Below are positions 58,055 to 64,000 of a stretch of DNA of 64,000 bases, piece after piece. The stretch is from Candidatus Latescibacterota bacterium. Lineage in GTDB: Bacteria; Latescibacterota; UBA2968. Location of the stretch: positions 5,216,001-5,280,000 of the forward strand of contig OZ244960.1 of the NCBI GenBank assembly GCA_965222605.1. Direction: 5' to 3'. The notes beneath the pieces are model-generated. The model made no database searches, had not been told where the DNA came from, and saw only the letters and a program-made list of their open reading frames with translations. Each line of letters begins with the position of its first letter. Positions within the stretch are counted from its first letter, which is position 1. The translations under genes and the position numbers were made by a program.

Positions 58055-58083
58055 TTGACATAGTAAGATAAATAGTATAGATT
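58055..58083 (+). promoter_or_regulatory. Sigma70-type promoter of the AbiE operon
   Basis: TTGACA-17 bp-TAGATT. Confidence 0.55.
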
Positions 58084-58130
58084 TCTGACATCAGTATCAA
58101 GAGACATCTGAATGCGAGGGATGTAGTCCA

Positions 58131-58754
58131 ATGACCGGAATCGCCGACAAGATCATGCAGAGGGTGTCCGTCCACGATAGCGGAAGGTGGGTGTGCACGC
58201 CGAAGGACTTCCTGGACCTCGGCAGCCGCGAGGCCGTTGATCAGGCCTTGTCGCGTCTCGTTAAGGCGGGACGGCTGCGCCGGGTGGGCCACGGCCTGTA
58301 CGACATGCCGAGGATCAGCAATGTGCTGAATCGACCCGCGCCCGTCGATCTGGGTGCGGCCATCGCAGCACTGGCACGGCGGGATGGCGTGCGGATCATG
58401 CCGGATGGATTGGTGGCCGCGAATCAACTGGGTCTCACCAACGCCGTGCCCGCGAAGGTCAGCTACGTGACGGATGGCCACTCCAGGACCCTCAAGATCG
58501 ACGGAAGAACTGTCCGGTTCCGGCACGCTGGCCCAAGTGTCATGCGGTGGGCGGGAAGACCCGCCGCGCCGGTGGTTCAGGCGCTGCGGTGGCTGGGTCC
58601 CCGCGCAGCCGCGGACGGCGAGATCGTTTCGACGCTGAGTCGCCATCTTCCCGACGAGGTGAAGCTCGATCTGTTGCACAACAGCCGCGATCTTCCCGGC
58701 TGGGCGTTGCCGCTGGCGCGTAGCATCGCGAGCGACCAGGCCGTTGCCGTATGA
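58131..58754 (+). CDS. Type IV TA antitoxin, AbiEi/DUF6088 family
   Basis: DFLDLGSREAVDQALSRL..G.LRRVGHGLY; AANQLGLT..VP; ATGA overlap with the next gene. Confidence 0.9.
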   Translation: MTGIADKIMQRVSVHDSGRWVCTPKDFLDLGSREAVDQALSRLVKAGRLRRVGHGLYDMPRISNVLNRPAPVDLGAAIAALARRDGVRIMPDGLVAANQLGLTNAVPAKVSYVTDGHSRTLKIDGRTVRFRHAGPSVMRWAGRPAAPVVQALRWLGPRAAADGEIVSTLSRHLPDEVKLDLLHNSRDLPGWALPLARSIASDQAVAV

Positions 58755-59794
58755 CCAGGGGCTTTGAATCGTTCCTCGCCCTACCGGAGCAGGACAGGCG
58801 GGACGTTCTTGAAGCAGCGGCAGCCCGCCTCGATACGTTGCCGAGCTATGTGGAAAAGGACTTCTGGGTTTGCCTGGTTCTCGACACGCTGTTCAATCGG
58901 CGTCCCGAGGGGCATCCAAGGTTGCTTTTCAAGGGTGGGACGTCGCTGTCCAAGGCCTTCGGACTCATCAAGCGATTTTCCGAGGACATTGACCTCGTGG
59001 TGTTCCGCGACGGCCTTGGCTTCAAAGGGGAGCGCGACCCGACCGTAGCTACCCAACTGTCGAACAAGAAACGGACCGCGCTGTTCAAGGAACTCAGGGC
59101 GTCGTGCAGCGGATACATCCATGGGCCCCTGCGGACTGCTCTGGCGAGTCGGATCGACGAACTCTCGACTGGCTGTCAGATCGTTCCGGATGAAGGCGAT
59201 GTCGACGGACAGACGCTCTTCATTGAGTACCCAACCCTCTTTCCAAGCGGGGACGTCACCTATGTGGCCCCGCGTGTGAAGATCGAGGCGGGAGCGAGGT
59301 CGGCGCTTGACCCCAGCCAGCACTGCACGGTCACCCCCTATATCGCCGATGAACTCCCTGACTGGTCGTTCACAGCGGCAGGCATTCGTGTGATCGCGCC
59401 CGAGCGCACCTATTGGGAGAAGTTGCTGATCCTGCATGGCGCATATTGCGGATACCGGGACGCCGGGCGCCTGCCAACTGACAAGGATCGCATTTCGCGT
59501 CACTACTACGATGTTGCGGTGATCACGGCGACGGAAGTCGGGAGGTCTGCCTTAGTCGACACCGACCTGCTGGACGCGGTTCGGAACCACAACCTCGTCG
59601 CATTTCGGCAGGCCTGGAAGCGGTTCGAAGAAGCGGTTCCAGGATCGGTGAGACTGGTTCCTCAAGTGGAACTGCGCAAGGTGATCGAACAAGACTACCG
59701 AGCCATGCAGGGTATGATCCTCGGCGAGGCCCCGGACTTCGGATGGGTCATGGATCAGCTTCGACAGGCCGAAGCTGCGATAAACGGAACTTGA
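58751..59794 (+). CDS. Type IV TA toxin, AbiEii/AbiGii nucleotidyltransferase
   Basis: VEKDFWV, FKGGTSLSK..LIKRFSEDIDL, ERTYWEK, SRHYYD. Confidence 0.93.
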   Translation: MTRGFESFLALPEQDRRDVLEAAAARLDTLPSYVEKDFWVCLVLDTLFNRRPEGHPRLLFKGGTSLSKAFGLIKRFSEDIDLVVFRDGLGFKGERDPTVATQLSNKKRTALFKELRASCSGYIHGPLRTALASRIDELSTGCQIVPDEGDVDGQTLFIEYPTLFPSGDVTYVAPRVKIEAGARSALDPSQHCTVTPYIADELPDWSFTAAGIRVIAPERTYWEKLLILHGAYCGYRDAGRLPTDKDRISRHYYDVAVITATEVGRSALVDTDLLDAVRNHNLVAFRQAWKRFEEAVPGSVRLVPQVELRKVIEQDYRAMQGMILGEAPDFGWVMDQLRQAEAAINGT

Positions 59795-60004
59795 ACATGG
59801 CCACAGTGAGCCTCGAAGATCGGAACACGGCGGTTGCGAGAACTCCTGAAAGGCGATCACTGATTGCAACAGCCATCGCGATGGCCATTCAGGAATCTAT
59901 TGTTACGGGGAATCGTGTTGCGGTGGACTGTTAGGCAAACAGGCAAACTTGATCCTGGTCCGATCCCTGGTTTTACACATTCCCTGCTTATATCCACCTC
60001 TGTT

Positions 60005-60892
60005 CTAACCCAGATCCGGCACTCGCCAGTTGGCATACCAGCGGGAGTCTTCAGGGGGTGCTTCATCCCCATTCTGCATAGAAGCGAAATCTTTCATCCG
60101 GGGGCGGATCTCCTCGTCCCATATACGCTCAATCTGCCCGTAGGTCAGCGGGGTGTGATCGGGTTTTAACCGATCGTATTCCGTTAGGAGTTCTCTTGTT
60201 TTTTCAGAGATATGTTCCGCCGTATCAGCCGCCATTTCTTCCCCCGCTCGCCGACTGGATGTATCCACATAATCGCCCTGGGCGAAATGAGGTCCTGGCT
60301 CGTCCGGTCCGGGAAGGCGGGATAGATCTACGCAGTCTGGGGCTACCGCCCACAGCAGCGACGTTTCCCCTCTTCCTGCGTGGCCTCCCATGCCCCGGTC
60401 GTCTTTGAAACGGGATTCCCCTGTGCCCATACTCATAAGAGAATAGAGCCGGACGGAAACGTGCTGCTGGAGGATTTCCAGTACAACGGGTACGTCCAGG
60501 CGGTGTGGTCCCGAGTGTCCCGAGAAGAGCACGGCCACGTGAAAACCGAGAGCATCGACGGCCCGGATGTGATAGCAGAGATTTTTTAAAAAAATCCACG
60601 GTGGCACTGCTGTAAGCCAGGGGCGAACATCACCCACCCGTTCGTGTGCCCAGGTCCCGTAGCCTCCCGACTCGTGGCAGTGCCAGTATTCGGGAGGTGC
60701 TACAATGCCGCCGAAGGACCCGGCTGCCTGGCACACCACCCCGTGTGCCCGCAACGCATCCAGACCCAGGGCGTTCACTGGCCCGTGGGGTTCACACAGG
60801 CCATAGGGCAAATACACCACAGGACAATTCTCAAAAGCGGCTTCCAATTCATCGGGAAACATGCGTTCCCAGCGGACTTCTCTCCGTTCCAT
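60005..60892 (-). CDS. Creatininase family amidohydrolase
   Basis: LPYGLCEPHG..LGLD, SGHSG, GHAGRGETS. Confidence 0.85.
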   Translation of the reverse strand: MERREVRWERMFPDELEAAFENCPVVYLPYGLCEPHGPVNALGLDALRAHGVVCQAAGSFGGIVAPPEYWHCHESGGYGTWAHERVGDVRPWLTAVPPWIFLKNLCYHIRAVDALGFHVAVLFSGHSGPHRLDVPVVLEILQQHVSVRLYSLMSMGTGESRFKDDRGMGGHAGRGETSLLWAVAPDCVDLSRLPGPDEPGPHFAQGDYVDTSSRRAGEEMAADTAEHISEKTRELLTEYDRLKPDHTPLTYGQIERIWDEEIRPRMKDFASMQNGDEAPPEDSRWYANWRVPDLG

Positions 60893-60989
60893 GGTTCTGG
60901 CTCCTTATGTTGATCGCATTGTGCGACATTTCAAAAATCTCCGAATTATCTCATACCTGCTCTAAATAGCTCGTTCCTGGATGACCGAC

Positions 60990-61304
60990 CTATTGCGATA
61001 CGAGCATTTTGGCAAGTTCGGATTTAGTGACCCCAAGCGCGAAGAGGGATCGAATTAATAGATCTACAGAAACAGAGGGATCGCCCGCTTCGATTTTGGC
61101 AACGCGAGATTGACTGGATTTGAGGCATTCGGCCAGTTGTGTTTGGGTTAAATTTTCTCGCTCACGGCATTGACGCACTTTCTTGCTCAACGTGATTTTG
61201 AGATCAATATAGGCGGCTTCTTCGTCAGTCAGACTCAGAAAATCGTCTGTTGAACCCACACGCCATCCGGCAGCCTCGAGAAGTTTTTTCTTTTTCGTAT
61301 TCAT
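60990..61304 (-). CDS. XRE-family HTH protein (HigA-like antitoxin)
   Basis: GWRVGS..DFL.L..EE; LTQTQLA..LKSSQSRVAKIEAGDPSVSVDLL. Confidence 0.88.
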   Translation of the reverse strand: MNTKKKKLLEAAGWRVGSTDDFLSLTDEEAAYIDLKITLSKKVRQCRERENLTQTQLAECLKSSQSRVAKIEAGDPSVSVDLLIRSLFALGVTKSELAKMLVSQ

Positions 61305-61312
61305 AAGTCATC

Positions 61313-61420
61313 CTATCGAATCGTAGTAAGAAAACCTGCTTCGATTCTCGCCGATGGAGAAAATGGAGGCGTTTTGATTTGTCCGTGAAGCCATACCAGA
61401 GGTTTGTCAGAAGGACTCAT
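61313..61420 (-). pseudogene. Internally deleted RelE/HigB-like toxin gene
   Basis: MSPSDKPLVWLHGQIKTPPFSPSARIEAGFL then stop after 35 aa, directly upstream of the HigA-like gene. Confidence 0.75.
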
Positions 61421-61427
61421 ATAAAAA

Positions 61428-61451
61428 ATATATGTCAAATATGACATATAT
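61428..61451. promoter_or_regulatory. TA operon operator
   Basis: Perfect inverted repeat ATATATGTCA-AATA-TGACATATAT 7 bp upstream of the toxin ATG. Confidence 0.75.
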
Positions 61452-61620
61452 CAAAGGATTTTATCTTGAAGATAGATGACTCAGACCCAAGACTGAATTT
61501 CCTGACTGTCTATCGGTTGCAGTCGTTACTCCAGCTTAAAAGCAAGGAGAGACAAAGAAGGAAATTTTGGAAAATGATCGAGGGGCAATATCAGGACTTG
61601 ATAGCTGAATAAAATAGGTC

Positions 61621-61693
61621 GGACTTGACTCGTTTTGGTGTATAACAGCATAAAGGGTGCTTTCTATACTATCCACTAAAACGGATCAAGTCC
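61621..61693. mobile_element. MITE-like element / collapsed IS remnant
   Basis: 20-bp imperfect terminal inverted repeats GGACTTGACTCGTTTTGGTG / CACTAAAACGGATCAAGTCC enclosing 33 bp. Confidence 0.5.
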
Positions 61694-61984
61694 AGTTCCT
61701 CCACGGAGGCATTCCCAATCAGATGCCGGTTTTCCACATTCATCGTCATCGTTGCAGGCGATACCATTTGGACACACACAATTTCCACTGCTGTTACATG
61801 TTTTTCCATCAGAGCACGGTGTTCCTGTTACGCTACCTCCCGTACACTCTGGTTCTGGGTCGCAGCATTCACGATCACCACCTACACAGGATAGGGTTGC
61901 TATTTGTGTCACGGTTTCATTGCATTCAAGAGAAGATGGGCTTGGTAGTGTTGCTGGATCTTTCAGGTCTGCTCTATCTATTCT
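61694..61984 (-). pseudogene. Internal fragment of a cysteine-rich extracellular-type protein
   Basis: Open frame with 12 Cys in about 97 codons, no clear start, cut by the MITE-like element. Confidence 0.5.
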
Positions 61985-62231
61985 CTAGCCAGTCACCCGA
62001 TGCAGACGACAGGTACACCACTTTACAAAATCAGTACGTTACTAATTGTCTTTCTGCTTATCTTTCCAAAGATGGCACCGTGAACACTGTCGTTCTTCCG
62101 TATGATGTACTTGGGGCTGATCCATCATCACCTGACTACGCTAGATTACTTTTTGACTACTGCAATCAGAAATTTGAGTACGATTTGCGAGAGAATCCTT
62201 TCATTACTCCTGCTGACTTTGTCTTTTAAAA

Positions 62232-62260
62232 AACACCCGCTCATATATTGAGCGGGTGTT
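62232..62260. terminator. Terminator hairpin between convergent fragments
   Basis: AACACCCGCTCA-TATAT-TGAGCGGGTGTT with upstream A-run. Confidence 0.75.
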
Positions 62261-62290
62261 GGCGTGAACCAGAAAGAAAGGAGTTTTTGG

Positions 62291-63276
62291 CTAGGCCTTT
62301 TGGCCAAATTCTGCAGCGAAGAGAAGAAAATCATTGAAAGAGACGGTGCCGTCTCCATCAAGATCTATCCATGGATTGTATGCTTGATCTCCTTCTTGTG
62401 AGCCAAAGGCTGCGGTGAGGAGGAGGAAGTCATTGAAGTCAACAACATCATTGCCATCAAAGTCACTACGTAATGCTTTTTTGAGCTTTGCCGTTATGGT
62501 GATGGGATTGTCTGCAAATAGGTCTTTGTTTACAACCGTATTTGCAAGTTCGCCGAAGGGGTTTGGTAGTAGCTGCATGGCTTCGTGCAGGGTGAGTGAT
62601 CTGGTTAGAAAGAGCGCATCTCTTGTTGCCGTGTAGGCAAAAGATATCTCTTTTTCTTTGAAGGTGATTGTACGGTTTTCTTTAGTGTACGTTCCTTCTG
62701 TTTGGATCACTTCTTCTGCTGTTGCCTGTATGTCCAAGAGGAATACAGCATCTATTGCTGCCTGCAACGTCATGTCTGCAATGACTTCATTTTCTTTGAA
62801 GCGCATGGTTCCGTTTGCGGTGCCTTGGTAGCTTGCCTGTATTGTTTCTTTGAGTGCTTCTGGCAGATATACCTCAAGAGGGCTATTACTTGCTCTCCAG
62901 GTACCGGTCAGTTCTCCTCCTTCTGCTGTGAATGGATTCTTCTTTTCTTCTGTGTACTGTGAGACTATTTCTACTTCTTTTTCCAGCACTCGAGGACACA
63001 GAAGATGTGCTATACCTCTTCCATATTCTCTGTCTATTCCTTCTTCTCCAATATCCACTGCACAGACTTCTAATACTTCTCGCACCTCTTTGTCCGTAGG
63101 ATAGAGCTGGAAGAGATAGAAGGTCATTGCTGCAAGACGAGATGAGGCATCAGAGGTTGTCTGTGCCGGCACTATCGTAAAACAATGCTCTTTAATGTCT
63201 CCACACGTCTGTACATATTCATTCGGCACAATCGCTTCTGTTTCTGTCACCCTAGCACTAGTTGCTGCAATGACTC
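62291..63276 (-). pseudogene. 3' part of a probable S8-peptidase-like protein with dockerin-like EF-hand pair, interrupted by IS256
   Basis: TTSDAS..AA..CAVDIGEEGIDREYGRG resembles a subtilase C-terminus; DFDGNDVVDFNDF and DLDGDGTVSFNDF loops; frame stays open up to the IS end. Confidence 0.65.
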
Positions 63277-64000
63277 GGTCAAGTCCAAAAAGTTCTGTAA
63301 AAAGGTAGCTCCGTGATAGGGGTCAGTGATTTTGTTTCAAGTACGTCATGTCCAGATAGCGTCTGCCAGCGATCCACTCGTCAGACCACTCCATACACAA
63401 GGCGCCGATCAGGCGTTCACAGGCTTTCTCGTTGGGGAAGATCTGGACGACATCAGCCCGTCTTTTGATCTCACGATTGAGTCTTTCCAAAAGGTTGGTG
63501 GTACGGATGCGTTTGCGATGCTGTTGTGGAAAGTCCAGGCACGTCAGGCAATGCGCCACATCGCGGTCTATTTTGTCCACGAGTTTGGGTAGTACATTTT
63601 CATAGGTATCCATCATGTCTGATAGGCGTCGCTGTGCGGTGTTGCGATCGGGCGCGTTAAAAACGTCTTTGAGCGCATCGGCGACCTCGCGTTGATGCTT
63701 AGGGGGTGTGATGCCTCTGATATTTCGGTGAAAATGGGTTTGACAATGCTGCCAAGAGGCCCCTTGGAAGTGTCGTTTGATGGCGTTTTGTAATCCTTCA
63801 TGGTGGTCAGAGATGACGAGTTGCACGCCCTTTAACCCTCGCTTTTTAAGGTCTTTAAACAAGGACGTGTAGGTGGCTTCTGTCTCGGTGTGTGCCACAT
63901 CGAGTGATAGGATGTCTCGGTGTCCACTCTCTGAGATGCCAGTCACGATTAAGACCCCCTCAGAGACGACCTGTCCCCCAGATCGGATGTAGAGATAGGT
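63277..64000 (-). mobile_element. IS256-family insertion sequence (downstream end; continues beyond window)
   Basis: Transposase plus terminal repeat-like TTTTACAGAACTTTTTGGACTTGACC (minus strand, 63277-63302). Confidence 0.88.
63323..64000 (-). CDS. IS256 family transposase, C-terminal part
   Basis: DLKKRGL.GVQLVISD.HEGL, WQHCQTHF.RN, IRTTNLLERLNREIKRR, FPN. Confidence 0.95.
   Translation of the reverse strand, partial: TYLYIRSGGQVVSEGVLIVTGISESGHRDILSLDVAHTETEATYTSLFKDLKKRGLKGVQLVISDHHEGLQNAIKRHFQGASWQHCQTHFHRNIRGITPPKHQREVADALKDVFNAPDRNTAQRRLSDMMDTYENVLPKLVDKIDRDVAHCLTCLDFPQQHRKRIRTTNLLERLNREIKRRADVVQIFPNEKACERLIGALCMEWSDEWIAGRRYLDMTYLKQNH

Noticed and set aside
61465-61612. 48-codon plus-strand ORF (LKIDDSDPRLNF..DLIAE*)
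   Set aside because: Short, with no recognisable motif; cannot be distinguished from chance or a fragment.
61657-62229. 190-aa plus ORF as one gene
   Set aside because: The first ~110 codons are the antisense of the Cys-rich frame; only the last ~80 look protein-like.
61621-63302. Composite transposon bounded by GGACTTGAC ends
   Set aside because: The 61621 motif pairs better with 61674-61693, and the 63277 motif is the outer end of the IS256 extending rightwards. The shared 9-mer alone is insufficient.
1-64000. CRISPR array, rRNA, prophage, riboswitch
   Set aside because: No regularly spaced repeats, rRNA-like tracts, phage structural genes or confidently recognisable riboswitch aptamers seen by eye; an Infernal scan would be needed to exclude ncRNAs.

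Overview
Bacterial chromosomal window from a diderm organism. The gene content (PorV-like barrel, T9SS-type C-terminal domain, GWxTD protein, dockerin-like EF-hands, two PhyH dioxygenases, sulfatase, sialidase) suggests an FCB-superphylum lineage such as Latescibacterota/Gemmatimonadota; this taxonomy is inference only. Three zones are visible. (1) About 1-22.8 kb is a GC-richer accessory catabolic region. It centres on a FadR regulator and a co-oriented outer-membrane module (OMP barrel - TonB-dependent receptor - CTD-bearing secreted protein - PorV-like barrel), flanked by oxidoreductases, a bicupin, an M20 hydrolase and a PhyH. (2) About 23.8-55 kb is mostly core genes: parAB, ppdK, tRNA-Lys, a cysH-cysM-mec-cysO-rrf2-cysK cluster, rpsT, a BlaI/M56/TonB regulon and xylA. 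An integrase-free AAA/nuclease cassette is bracketed by a duplicated ppdK 3' end, and an orphan DNA methyltransferase follows it. (3) About 55-64 kb is an accessory and decaying region with a sulfatase, enolase-family enzyme, AbiE type IV TA, a toxin-deleted HigBA-like locus, a 73-bp MITE-like element, gene fragments and an IS256 running off the window. The best candidate for an undescribed system is the SusD-less TBDR + CTD cargo + dedicated PorV uptake module. All family calls come from motif recognition by eye, with no database searches.
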